From: Cenococcum geophilum
Lineage: Eukaryota
Assembly (NCBI GenBank): GCA_050273025.1
Contig: CP158636.1
Span: 5,518,001-5,582,000 of the forward strand
Reading direction: 5' to 3'
DNA: 64,000 nt
Numbering within the stretch: the stretch's first letter is position 1; the number at the start of each line of letters is the position of its first letter. This document shows positions 27,601-40,189 of this stretch, one piece after another. The notes under the pieces are model-generated. The model was not told where the DNA came from, did no database searches, and saw nothing but the letters and a program-made list of their open reading frames with translations. Made by a program: the position numbers and the translations under genes.

Positions 27601-28660
27601 AAGGTTATTTGTAACAGCTTTACAGAGCTAAAAGAATTTAAGCGAGAAGTGTTTAGGGCCAAGTCTTACTTTTTAGCAAAAGAATAAGGTTATAGGCGTC
27701 CCGCGGATGATCTAGAATACCCTAAAGGCTTAGTTTCAGAACCAAAATACGAAGATAATCCGGTTAATAAAGCCTCTAGCGCTCCCCCATTAACTAATCA
27801 TGGTTCTAAAGGTTGCTCTAAAGACGGGGATAGAGCTGCTATACCTTAAAACACTAAAACTGCCACTCTAAACCCCGGCCCTAATATCTTTAACAAAGTA
27901 ATACCTATAGAAATTAACCGGGAATTAAAAGATCTGGGGAAGCTTAAAGAAGGTAGTTACTGGGATATTACTTCTAAACATTTACTGGCATTTATTAATG
28001 CTCTAAAAAGTACTAATAAACTAGTAGCATTACACCGCCTAACGCCTTCACCGATTTCGGAAAAGGGTGCTACCTTAGAAGAGCAGGCAATTAATTCTAG
28101 CGTTCTACAATCTCCTATATAAAAGACGGTCCAAGCAGAAATGGCTACTGCTTAGGAAAGAGTGTCCTTAAGCCTCTAAGCTAATACTATTAATATACAA
28201 GAGAATATAAGTGCAAAACTTAAAGCAGAAGGTATTACGGATAAGGATAACGTAGAAGAAGCAAAGGCAATAATTAAGGAGGGAGTATAGGCAGCTTTGG
28301 AGAAGTTGGAAGACTATTAGGTGTTAGAGTGTCTTCTTTTTTAGGGTATTTATTACCTACTAAGGAAGATATAAGAAAATATTAGGGGATAACCTTTTAG
28401 GTAGGGGAGGTAATATAGTAGTGTTAAATGCCCCTCGGTTATTTTAGTTCGTTTTCCTATCACGTATATAAGTCTTAGGGTTATATATATTACAGAAGGA
28501 GCTTAGGTTTTAACCTTACCTTACCTTAACTTAATACAATTTCTCCTCTACCCTCTATTAATCAACGACTTCTTTGGTATAACTTAAGTCATTCCATTCT
28601 TTTATTTATAATGCTTAATTAAATATTATCTTTTAGTGTCCGGCTTGCCTTTCCACACTA
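24678..28660 (+). repeat. Copy 2 of the ~4-kb direct duplication (pair: 17805-21755)
   Basis: Colinear with copy 1; differs by RIP transitions, some transversions and in-frame indels. Confidence 0.95.
25138..28320 (+). pseudogene. RIP-inactivated intronless gene (~1061 codons), dioxygenase-like, copy 2
   Basis: ATG 25138 to TAG 28318-28320 is 3183 nt (a multiple of 3) and includes ORF-track fragments 26593-26805 and 26809-27033. It carries KCSC..LCRIHL and EEFNIYTHHLRK..ILRTIYHSLL**V..YTELLPGMH. Confidence 0.78.
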
Positions 28661-29612
28661 CCTATAACGGCAGTAATATTAATCCGGTTATAAAGCCAAA
28701 GCTCCCTATATAACACTATATATATATTAAACAGCTTATTAGTAAGGGGGCTTAGCAAAACATATATAGAGTGCAAAAATATTATTAGAATAGCAACAGC
28801 TTACCTTCCCTTTATAACCGTAATAATAACTAAAACCTCTTTCTCTTCCTTATATCTAGTGTGTTCTAAATATATTACATATTTAGGCTTTGCAAGCTTA
28901 ATAGGCTATATCTTATAAGCGATAACACCTAAGTATTACGCAGAGGAGGCTGGCGCGGGGGTAGGCTTAAAGAGAGTCGCGGTTATACATTAGATACGGT
29001 AGCAACTGATATAGCTTAACTAGTAGTAGCGATAGATATAGCAGCATTGAACAGGGAGTTAATTAATAAAGTTTAACTCTGGCTCGGCATCGGATTAATA
29101 CTAGAAATCCTAAATATCGCATCTACACCCTATAAAGAAGGGTATAGTATATAATTATATTTAAGACCGGCCGCACGTAGCTTAAAGGAGCAATAAAGTA
29201 GGTAATAAGGCACAGAATTAATCTAGATACAATATATTAGCTATTTAGGTGTATATCTACTATAAATATTAATATAGGAGGTCAAACGTTAAGGATTAGT
29301 GATGGTTGATGGCTCTAGTAAAATATTTACTATTTTAGCGGTAATATTTAAGGCGAAACGTAGTAGTAACCACTAGGCCGTTCGCAATAATTTTAGCAGC
29401 GTTAGAATCGCCCTATAAAGCTCTAGAACATAACGTTGGCCGATTATTTATAAAGGCGTTAGTTCGTTATTAATTAATAGCTGAAAATTTAGTATGGCGC
29501 GCGAGTTTGTATAAAAATTAAGGTATATCTATATACAAAATAGCCCAAACGCCTAGCTAGAAAACTACTTTACTAAAACTAATTTTCCTTACTAAAACAC
29601 CATCTTATTAAT

Positions 29613-32600
29613 ATAAACCGCGGATATAAATAGTGCAGCTTTATTTCTAAGAATGACTAAGGCCTATTGCTCCATTCACGCCGCTATAAACTACAACCTA
29701 AAGCTAAAGCCTAGATTCCACACGACGACACTAACGCAAATGCGCCTCCGTATGTCTACCTTGACCTATAGGCGGAGCCTAATGCAGGGATACACCAATA
29801 TTTAGCCAGTAAAGGTGGCGAGTTTAAGGGTTTTAGCGCGTCTAAATACTAAAAAGAGTGCACTTCGGATAACGGGAATAATATACTACGTGGTAGAGAC
29901 AGCAATCGAAACGGACTACTATTTATATCATTGTCGCTACATATTAAAACTTTTAAGGAGCGGATAAATAAATAAGCCAGTATCCCAATTGCAAGCAATA
30001 AGGATTAGGTAGATAAGTAATAAGTAGTAACGCTATCCTAGGTAATCCTACTAATCTAAGCCGCAGACCGCTATTTTTATTCCACCCCTTTACTAGTAAA
30101 TTTAACTATACCTTTATAGTATAGCTACATAGTATACAAAGTACAAAAGGCGATATTAAGCGGTTATTAAATGACACCTAGCTTAACCAACTAACATCCT
30201 ACCTTAGTTTTAAATTAGCGGATAATTAGGAGGAGAAGTTGCATAGACTACCACTAGGTATAGTTAACAAAGAATAGACAAAAACTCGCTATAAACCTAT
30301 TACACGTATATAAGGCATTCACTAGCCTTTATATTACTACGTATACCAAGATGTTATAAAGGTAATTAAGTTTCTTATTAGTTATAAACCCTTTAGAGAT
30401 GCCCTTATATACGCCCTAACGAGAGTATACAATACCAGTAATTAGAGGGTCTATAATAAACTATACACCGCTAATTAGTAGTAGGAAACCCAGGCACGGC
30501 TACTAGATGGCGCGACCGTTATACTAGTGCTACTCGCCACAGATAAAACGCAGCTAATAATATATTACGGCGATAAGTCCTTATAGCTAGTATATATTAC
30601 TATTAGTAATCTTAATTAAAAAACGCGTAAGAAACAGAACTTACCCGCTAACCTACTTCTTGGATTTATTCCTAATATAAAGAGTATAAACTACGACATA
30701 CGGAGTGCTTGTTATTATAAAGCTATAAAGAAGATATTAAAATATAAGTGCTTAATATATAGTAAGTAGAAACCCTATCTAACAAGTCTTATAGCGCTTA
30801 AAAGTCTTTAGTATAAAGGCATTAATATAGAATATACAGATAGAAGAATCTGCTAATGTTACCCCGTTATATATAGAATAATAGCAGACTATAAGGAATA
30901 GGTTCTTATTACCGGTGTAAAAAGCTAATAATACTGCATAATATGCCAAGTACCACCTAATAGACGCGAAAACCTTTTAGAATGTCACCCGCTTAGGATA
31001 TATAAGTTAACCAAAAAGCAGATTGTAGCCTAATAAGCAAATAACACACCTTAAACGGATCCAGATTAGGTATACCCCGTACTATACTTTATATAGAAAT
31101 ACGGCCTAATCAATATACACAACGTGATAATGGTAGATATTCTCTATTAACTGCTAAAAGGCATTATTATGCGTCTTATTAAATGGATACAAAAGATAAT
31201 AAGTAAAGTTATCCCCGCTAGCAAGAAACGAAAATATTATAAAAGAACTATTTAAGACATTTCAGCAGAGAGTTAGATTAATTAGCGTTTTATAAAAATA
31301 CCTTAATATCCCGGCTTAAAAGTATTTTATAATACTCCATTTAGTCAAATATTATAGTAGACTGGCAACAAGCAAAAGTTAATCCTAAAGCAACTAATTC
31401 CCACCCTAGCTCCACTTCTTACTAGTAAGGCACCATATGCGATATACTTTGCTCAGGCGACACTGGATTTTATTACCATAACACAGTACCAAACTCATAA
31501 TAAAGAGATACTCTAGTATATAGAGCATGCGCTATATTAGATTAATAAACTAAAAGGTATATTTTAAGGTTTCCGACCTAAGGCAAGGGATTTAGATAAG
31601 GGGCATTTTAACTTCCTAAAGTTTTATACTATAACCCATTTTATAGATCATATCCGCCAGTTTGGCGCTGCTAATAGTTATAATATATTAAATGGAGAAG
31701 CTGCCCATAAGTACGCTGTAAAGGCATATTAGAATCAAACAAATAAATAGAGTAATTTTAAGTTATAGATCTGCCTCTATAACACCCGGCGCGTATCTAT
31801 ACTAGCAACAAAGAGTTAGTTATTATATTATAATTCTAGGACTATATCTACCGCAGAACGTAGTATATCACTACAATTAACTAGACCAACACGTCATATC
31901 GATATGCGATTAACCCCTTAGGGTCTAGAAACGGATCAGTACGCCTATATATCCTAATACGGTCTTAGTCTTACAAAATGGCGGACAGTAGGGATATTAG
32001 CCGACAGTCTTAAAATATCTAATTTTAAGGACGCGCTTGTAGTATTTCTTTATAAATATAGAAGGAAGGTCGTTAGCTAGAATTCTACGCAAGCTAATAT
32101 GGACCGTTATAACCTAGACCCTTCTTAGATTAGGTTATACTTTGTTTAAGTACACCCCTCCTTAAAATACTAAAAGCGGACAGGTGTGGATCCAAACAAC
32201 CTTAACTAAGTAGCTAAAGAAATCGTACACTACGCACCGAATTGGTAAAAGTTAAGTAATTAGAAACGCGACTATATATAGGTACAGGAATACACGGCCG
32301 ACAATAGAGATAGGAGAGGGAAAACTAGGCCCATAGGTGGAAGAATAGTAGGACAGCTCCAGGTTATTATTACCATATTAGATTATTCTACTTTAGGGGG
32401 CAACGGCCTCCCTCTTTAATTTACCGGGGTAATAGTAAACCTCATACAGTACCAAAACAATGGCAGGCCTCACCCCGTCTATAGTATAACTAAGGTTAAA
32501 CACTAGCATCCAACTACTGCTAAAAACCCACGCTCCCTAGCCAATAGTAGATTTTACCCTATGCAGTCTATACTACGAAGTACTTATATAGTTCCAGCTG

Positions 32601-32749
32601 GTTATAGTTACCCTAACCTATTCTATATTAATAACTATGTTAACTAGGACCAGTATAATACAATATATTCACCAGATTTCTTAGAAGAAGGGTCTTAAGT
32701 TATATTAGCATATCAACAAGCTGCCGCCAAAAGGTCATTTTTACTATAA
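29613..32749 (+). mobile_element. Plavaka-type transposase pseudogene (copy B) with putative N-terminal C2H2 zinc finger
   Basis: RVYNKLYTAN***ETQARLLDGATVILVLLATDKTQL..YYGDKSL*LVYITISNL (30446-30613), MVDILY*LLKG (~31130), HFNFLKFYTITHFIDHIRQFGAA (~31603) and C-terminal FYINNYVN*DQYNTIYSPDF. A probable intron lies at ~30744-30794. Confidence 0.92.
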
Positions 32750-32770
32750 GTTTTAACTCTATATTCCGTT

Positions 32771-32868
32771 TACTATTTTCTACAACTTTCCACTGCTTTC
32801 CACTATCTTATTACTTTTACTACGTTCCACTACTTTCCATTACATTCTACTAATTTCCACTACTTTTA
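32771..32868. repeat. Degenerate ~10-bp tandem repeat (TTTCCACTAC) just 3' of the transposase
   Basis: Visible recurrences of TTCCACTA/TTCTACTA. Confidence 0.6.
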
Positions 32869-34005
32869 ATTTTGTTATCTTCTAATCGGAGGTCCCAACC
32901 TCCGCCAAAATACTTAATATCTATAATAAGGGCTAGAAATATTATCAACAAAAACGGAGATACTCCACTACAAGTCAATAAGATCTTAGGTCCGTATAGC
33001 TCGACAGAGGAGTATCTAAGCTCTTAGTATAATTTTTTAGGAGGTTATAGGTTCATTCCCATGCGTAGCACGTTAAAAAAAGAAAGCAGTTCTTATTAAA
33101 TTAAGTATTAGCGAGGCTCCAAATTAATCCTATAATTCTCTACGTCTCGCAAGGCCTAGAAAATTATAACGCCATTTTTTCCACACAATATTTTGGTATA
33201 CACAGCTCCTTAATCCCACTAGGCTAGATTCAAAATCAAGAGAACTAAGGACCTACTATTACGCCACAAGGACTTTGTATTATAATTTCCTAAATTTAAT
33301 TAAAATATAACCCCTTTCCTAATCCTTATAATTAAGCCTTATATATTTAATTGCAAGGGCAACCTATAGGCAGATTAGTAGCAGAATGTATTAATTTAGT
33401 AACTATATGTACAATACACGTGCGGCTTACGCCCAATATCACCTCTAATTACATCAAAATCAGGCTCCAAAATGCATTAAATGCCACCCTAAATTAACAC
33501 TAAAAATTAACTTAAGATGCATTAAAACCTACCCATAAAATGCGCTGGCCATATACTATAGGGAGTGTCAGGAACCGTGTCAGACGTCGCTACTATTGCC
33601 GTACTACCTCCTCCTGAGGGGGTTTCTCGACATTTATATATATTCTCTTCTTGCAGGAGTATTATACGGTATTAAATTGGGGGATAGGGCACTTTCTTTA
33701 ATTCCACTACACTGTGCAGCGATTTAGTTGTCAGGTAACCAAGACTATTTAGTATATAAGGCCTTAAAGTAAAATCGCAATTAATCTCTACACTAGATTA
33801 TAAGTAGAGAGCTCTATATTAAAGCTCTATAGCCTAAATATGCACCAAAGTTGTAATTAATATAATATGTATTAGCTACCGAAAGAACATCTATTTGCTA
33901 CTGAAAGAGACTCTAAAACCACCCGAATTAGATCCAAATTGTGGGGTTTTTTCCTACAACTATCAAAATAAGACACTTATTTTAACCACGATTCGTAATT
34001 AATTA

Positions 34006-34232
34006 TCCTGTCAGAAGCCTGCCGGGAGCCTGTTAGTACAATTAGGAAATACTAGGTTCCTGTCAGGAGCCTATTAGGGCGATTAGGGCGATCAGGACGA
34101 TCAGGACGATCAGGACGACCAGGACGATCAGGACGATCAAGACGATCAGGAAAATTAAAATCCTGCCAGGAGCCTGTCAGGGCGGTCAGGACGATCAGGA
34201 AAATCAAAATCCTGCCAGGAGGCCTCCAGGAT
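34006..34232. repeat. Right subterminal region: CCTG(T/C)CAGG motifs plus ~8 units of 9-bp TCAGGACGA and a duplicated GGAAAAT.AAAATCCTGCCAGGAG block
   Basis: Directly visible; it produces the spurious (PDR)n ORF 34052-34240. Confidence 0.9.
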
Positions 34233-37200
34233 CTTGGCACCCTAACAAAATGTTAATATATATAGAATATACTAGCCCGCGTATAGTTAAATATATATAA
34301 GAAGATAAAGGTGCTAGGGCGGCCTAGTATTAACTATATAGTAGATGCGGAAAGGGGGTATACGGCTATCGCAAACTTATAGAGTTTGTCCTAGCTTAAC
34401 TATATGCAAAACTACGGCTATAATCTTAAATAACTTATTATACTACTTTATAGGCGGAAACTAGATAGTATAAACTTAGTCCTAAGTATAGACGTAGCCT
34501 TAAGTCTAGTATCGCTATCTAATACGCCTTAAGACCTACGCACAGTTAAATATTAGCTGCTAGTTAAGATATTTTTAGAGGCTAGGGTAGATTATAATAA
34601 GGAGTGGATATAGGCCGCCTATATAGAGACTATACCTATCTAAAACGATAAGGCCTTAAGGGCTACTCTATTAAGGGCAGTTTATTATAGGGTGGGCTAG
34701 GTTATATTTACGGCTATCTATAGAGATAGTATATAGGTATCCGTTATAATTATAATATATTACTAATGTTTATCTAGCCCTATCTCTAGCGCGATACATT
34801 TTACTAGGCGGGCTAAAAGGTATTAATTAATTACAGTTAATCTAATCTATATAGAGATAGTAACTTTAGTCGAGTTTGCCTTATAGTAAGACCTCCTATT
34901 GCACCAGGAAGCCCTAAGATTATTACCTATATATATAATCTTAGGTTATCTAAACGTAGTATAGCAAATTACCTTTACTATAGGCTCTTTTATTAGGGGC
35001 AACTATATAAATATTATATTTGTCCTATATTTTGCTAGCTAGTAGCTAGTATAGTAAAATAGGTATTATTCTAAGGGCCTATAGTATTAGCGATAAGTTT
35101 CTTAAGATATAGTAATAGCATGCTAATACTAGGAATAGTATACCTAATATAAGTAGGAGAGGGTATTAGGTTATATTGCCTTAGCGGTAACTATAGCAAG
35201 AAAAGAATTAGATCCTATTTAAGGTTATTATAGTTTAGCGAAAATAGAGGCGGCCTATACTATATAGAGAGTAATTAATAATAGTTATAGTTATTAGCGA
35301 GATATCTAAACTATAATTTGACTAGTTAAGTATTTAGGAAATATTTAGTTATAAGTTTAGATTAAAATAAGGGCTTTAGAATAAAGTTAATTTAGAGCTT
35401 AAATCTAATTCTAAGGCAACCGTTTGGTTAAATTCTAGTTTAACTTAACTTTAGCTATAAAATTTTAATGTTTTAAAAAACACGCTAAAAGTTACTAAAA
35501 AGTTGGCAATTTACTATATACAGAATCTAAACTAAGGTCTTGGCGTTGGTTTAAATTAAAAGCTTAAAGCTCCTTATTTAAACTTTAGATTAAATTTAAA
35601 GGCTTTAAATTATATATATCTATATAACCTATAGAGCTATAGACGTATATTAAATTAGGAAGGAACGCGTTCTTTCTACTAGACTTTTAGTTTAAATTTA
35701 AAAGTAAAAAACAAAATGGAGACCACGCATTAGGAAATGGAGGTTCCTTTACGGGCAAGGCGCGCTCGCTTCCTTACCCTAGTTTGGCTAAGACCTAACC
35801 TCAACCTCAACTATAAAAGGCCTTCTCCCTCACTACTTTTGCCCTTATGCTCTATCTTCTCTTTTCTTTCCTGCTACCGTGCCACCTTAGACTCTAGCTG
35901 TTAGCCGTAAGGCATTTTCTATCCCCTTAGCGTCTATATAGGTGCTCTGCCCGCCTTCCCTAATCTCCATATATTTTATACTAACGATTACCTAGCGCTA
36001 TAACTCTTCGGCCCTTTTTATGGGATATATTTATACTCTCTCCTAGTGTTAACGCATGCTTCGGTCCTACCGTATTCCTCCTTTCTTCTCTCCTCTCTCC
36101 TCTCCTCCTACCTATATCCCTTACCGATTAGTGCACTGGAATAACATTTCCATTCATTCTCTTCTTTACCTCCGCCTTTAGCAGTGTCTCGGGCGTAACT
36201 ATAATATGCGACTTAATCCCTATTGGAATAGCTATAAATGGCTATAAGGCTATGCCGAGAACCGTCTAGTAATAGATTATATAGGTTATAGCTACTGCGA
36301 GCTGCGGGACGCGTTAGGTAGTGTCGCATTATAGCGTTACAATAAAGGCGAAGCCGGACGCTAAAGTAGATCCTTAGCGAAAATATAGGCTAATGCTAGT
36401 TACTTAGCTTGGTTAAAGCTGCGCCGCTAGAAGCTGAAAGCCTTCGCCCTCCTTAGCGCCTTTTTAACCTAGACCTAGACCTTACTTTTCCCTAATAATT
36501 AGAGGATTGTATTATAATCGGAGAAGCCGCTAGACTTTAGTTTAATCTAGCCCCCTATTTAGCTAAGGAGGCACGGGTTATATAGAAATATCCTTTATAT
36601 AGACCTAAGACTTATAAGGCGGAATCTAGGGGTAAACGGCCTATCTAGTAGCACAGCCTAGCTTCTAGTAGAGCTAGTATTATAATCCTACTCTTAGCTA
36701 ACGAATACTAGAGAAAAATTCGCGTATTTAATCTCCTAACGAAGACGGACTTTATACGGTGGCTACATTAGCTAAAAGGGCTGAGATAGATACGGGCGTA
36801 ATTGCCTAATCTACTCGCGCTATCTGCCCCCTTATGTTATTTATAACATCCGGCTGTAGGCAAGGGTAAAAGTAAGGCTTTTGCGTATATTTAGAAGGTT
36901 AAGTAGCGGCTGTAAGCTCCGCAGAGTGTAACTAAGGAAGTTCCTTAGATCTAGGGGAGAGATTTAAGAATGCCCTTATTACTTAGAGTGTCTTTTAATA
37001 CTTATAGTAGAATTACAGCACGCCCTTTACCTATTTAATACTAGGAATTATGGTCTCGCGGAGGATCTAGCGCGGAGAATCCAGCTTGCTAGTATATTAG
37101 GGTGGAAAACAGACACATTAGCGCTAGCCCTAACTTTAAGGAATAAGGGTAAAGGAGGTACTTTACCACTAACCTCCTTAATAGGGAGGCTTAGTGTAAT

Positions 37201-38239
37201 GCCCCTGTCGGAGGTAGAATATGCTAGCTTAGTTAGTTAGGTCTCAATCGCAGTTTCCTAATAGGCATTAATCTTATAATAGAGTTTAAGCCTATATAAA
37301 CCTTTATATATTATAAATAGTAATTGCAAACAAAGCGTAGATTATATATTTTAATTCACTATTAAGCTAGTAGGGTTATTTTAGTATAGATACTACGGAT
37401 ATAAGCTAGTGGCGAAGAGGGGACTGGCGTAGACTTAAAAGCCTAGCGTGACCCGTCCTTTAGGGCTATTAGAAAGGCATAAGGCAATAATAACTCTAAT
37501 AACAATAGCAGTAGCAACGGTGGCATCTTCTTAACCCCTTTATTTTTATTTAGAAATTTTACTTAATAATATTAATTTCTATACCGCACCCCCTAAAAAA
37601 CTAAGGGCTTCTTAGTATTATGCGATTATAGCTTCTAAGGTAAATATAAGCAATATACCTAAAAAGAGAAGAATAAAAAAGGGGAGAGTACCTTGCTTCC
37701 CTCTAAGAGATAATCCTATAAAATATTTGGGCTGGTTGCGCTTAGGCAAGTTATTCTATATTACCTTTTTTAAAAATTTAACCTAATAAGGCACCCGTAG
37801 ATCCTGAGGCTTTTAATAAGTATAAAGATATTTACGAGAATAAAAGTAACAGCTAAGACGCTGGAGGAAGTAATTAAGGTAATTTAGTAATTATCCCCTC
37901 CCTCTTTTCTTAACAACTATAAATATGTCTAACGGCCAGCAGCGGATCTAATATTTATTGAAGATAATACAGCCGACCTAGACTTGGAACCTAAACGCGA
38001 TGGAGTTAGTAATACTAGCAATAAAGCTAATAAAGTCGGCGATCAACTAGTACCTCATGAGTTGGGTATGCACTTCCCCCCTATACGACGGCCTTGCTTA
38101 ACAATTATTAGGTGACGGAAATAACCGCAGCGATGAGGACGACGAGGATAAGGAGCTACCTTCTTTAGAGGAGCTGGAAAATCTCTTTGGCGCATCTGCG
38201 TATAACCATCTCAAACCCACGACAGAATACGTCAATGAA

Positions 38240-39140
38240 ATGGATAGCCTAGCTGAGGGAATTGATATTGCGACTGTCCCCCAGGCTAGACGGAAGTTGG
38301 AGACCCACGTAGCAACTAACCAAGACTCAATAGCCAATAATGCGGATAATATTGGTAAGTTACGGATATTAAAATATCATCACCACAACCTAATAACCGT
38401 TACACGTAGAGAATCCGCTTATTAGGGAGGAGGGTAATCACAAGAAAGGGAATGCGGGAGGCGAATTATTCTTTATGCCAAAGAAGCGGAAGCTTAATCA
38501 GCTTAAGCGGGACGACGTTACTAATTATAATTCTAACAACCCTACTAAAGAGAGTAGCGGGGATGGCGAGGGCGGCGAGGGCGGTAATAGTCCACGTCCC
38601 CAGAAGCAACAAAGGCCACCCGCCTATCGCGAAGACTTGTCTTCTAGCCCCCCTATCCCTCCTATCCTCGACCACGACTCTCAATACCCGCAAGTTGACC
38701 AGCAAGCGGTATCCACTCCGCGGCCCGCCAGCCCCCCGCCCCAGGAGCCCACCCTTCTCCACAGCATTGAACCACCGCATGACGAGGCTAGCAGTCATAT
38801 TCATAATGAGGGGGATGGTAACAGCGATGGCGTCGCCGATAACCAGAGCGACGTTTCAAACCCAGAGCCTGTTGTGAAGCGCCGTACCCGGGCTAAAAAA
38901 GATAAATTTAATGAAATGAACTTGTATGATGAATGGGAGATCGACGATATTCTAGGGGAAAGAATGACCAAGTCAGGGCGCGAATACAAGGTGGCTTGGA
39001 AGCCCACCTGGGTTCATAAGAGCGGGCTTTCAAATTCCAAAGATGCCCTCAAGTCTTACCAAAGACGCGTTCGGCAAGCCAAAGCTGGATCGTCGCAGGT
39101 GCACTCTTCCAAAGTTGCGAAAGTGAAGGGACGGGGCTAG
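38240..39140 (+). CDS. Chromodomain-containing protein (acidic/Pro-rich disordered region plus C-terminal chromo-like domain); spliced model 38240-38354 + 38410-39140 (281 aa); upstream exons partly RIP-damaged
   Basis: 38934-39070 reads WEIDDILGERMTKSGREYKVAWKPTWVHKSGLSNSKDALKSYQRR. In-frame phase-1 introns occur at 38355-38409 (GTAAGT..CTAAT..TAG), 38066-38111 and 37879-37942. The upstream exon has TAA at 37854 and 37875. There is an NLS-like PKKRK. Confidence 0.75.
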
Positions 39141-40189
39141 TAGCTTGGGTGTATTCTTGTGTTTCGGTTGGTGGTGGTTCTTTTACTACAGGCGCATTAT
39201 TGTTCGAAATTGAAGGCTCGGCCTGTTGTGCAGAAGAAAAGGGGCCGGCCTACCGAGCGGAAGAGACAGCAATAATAGTAGTGCCCTTCTTTTGGCTTGG
39301 AGGTCTATTTCTTGTTAAGTATTCCATTTCTGGCTTAATCTATTTATGGCGCATTTCTTGTCACATAAGGGCTGCATAAAAAGGTCCGCAAGAGTATCAC
39401 ATTTTTAAGGGCGGTGAGCAAGAGCCACTTATCACCACTTACAACGCCACGGACAATAGAGAATGCAAGGCTGAAACTACGTTTACGACCTAGCCAGCCA
39501 ATCCAAATCACGTGACACAGCTGAAACCGAACGGCAGTCCGAATAATATGAAGTCGGGCATTAATAATTGATTAACTCATGCATACGACGTAAAGGCGCA
39601 TAAACTGGCTGCAGTTAATTTGCCTTATAAATAAGAACGAGCCACGAGAATCCAATCCTTATGAGATATTTTAGTCGACGGAGGGGCTATATATCTGGTG
39701 ACTCCAATGCATAGCTGAAATGCGCGTTATAGTGGACGCCTTACCCGTTCTACTGTTCGGCTGGTGGCCTAATTATACACGTGATGTTCTGCGCTAGAAA
39801 GCTTTGATAGTGGGGCAGGGCGAATCCGGCCGCAGCTCAGCTTGAGGTAGCCGCTTGGCAATTATTTCATATAAGCCTTCCTGTCGGGCACCAACGCCTG
39901 AGCAGCCATAAACCTATCGGCTGCAGCAACACCTCTATTTTCCCTTATAAATTTCCTTTAACCCTACTTCGCTGATCGTTCGCAGCGCAGTTCCGCAAAG
40001 CTGCTCTCCGTTTGAGCCTATAATCCACCTCTTTTTACGTTTCTTACGTTCTACCTCTCGCAGTTATCCAGCAATTCTATTCTTGCCACTAAGGTGAATA
40101 TTAGCTTAGCTATTTCACCCCACGTAGCATATGCCTAATTACTTAAATCTTCTATAATAGTTGTGCTTTAATACGTATATGCTTTATGG

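Larger units (their letters stand above)
10885..34260 (+). mobile_element. Candidate ~23.4-kb Plavaka DNA transposon with nested insertions and accessory genes
   Basis: The left end TA|CATCAGG and right end TAATA|TA (RIP form of TGATG) are compatible with a short TIR and a TA TSD. Both ends carry TTCCTGTCAGGAGCCT and 9-bp tandem arrays. A Plavaka transposase lies at 29613-32749. Confidence 0.6.

Noticed and set aside
34052..34240. (PDR)n ORF
   Set aside because: Artefact of the 9-bp TCAGGACGA subterminal array.
36200..37540. Possible Ulp1/C48 protease (IIYFNSL resembling IxYFDSL) or Starship captain
   Set aside because: No in-frame HW or QxNxxDCG catalytic motifs and no DUF3435/tyrosine-recombinase motifs were found. 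The region looks like degraded coding DNA but could not be assigned.
38452..38877. Overlapping ORFs 38452-38877(+), 38466-38804(-), 38801-39007(-), 38098-38337(-)
   Set aside because: Shadow frames of the GC-rich chromodomain gene, without recognisable motifs.
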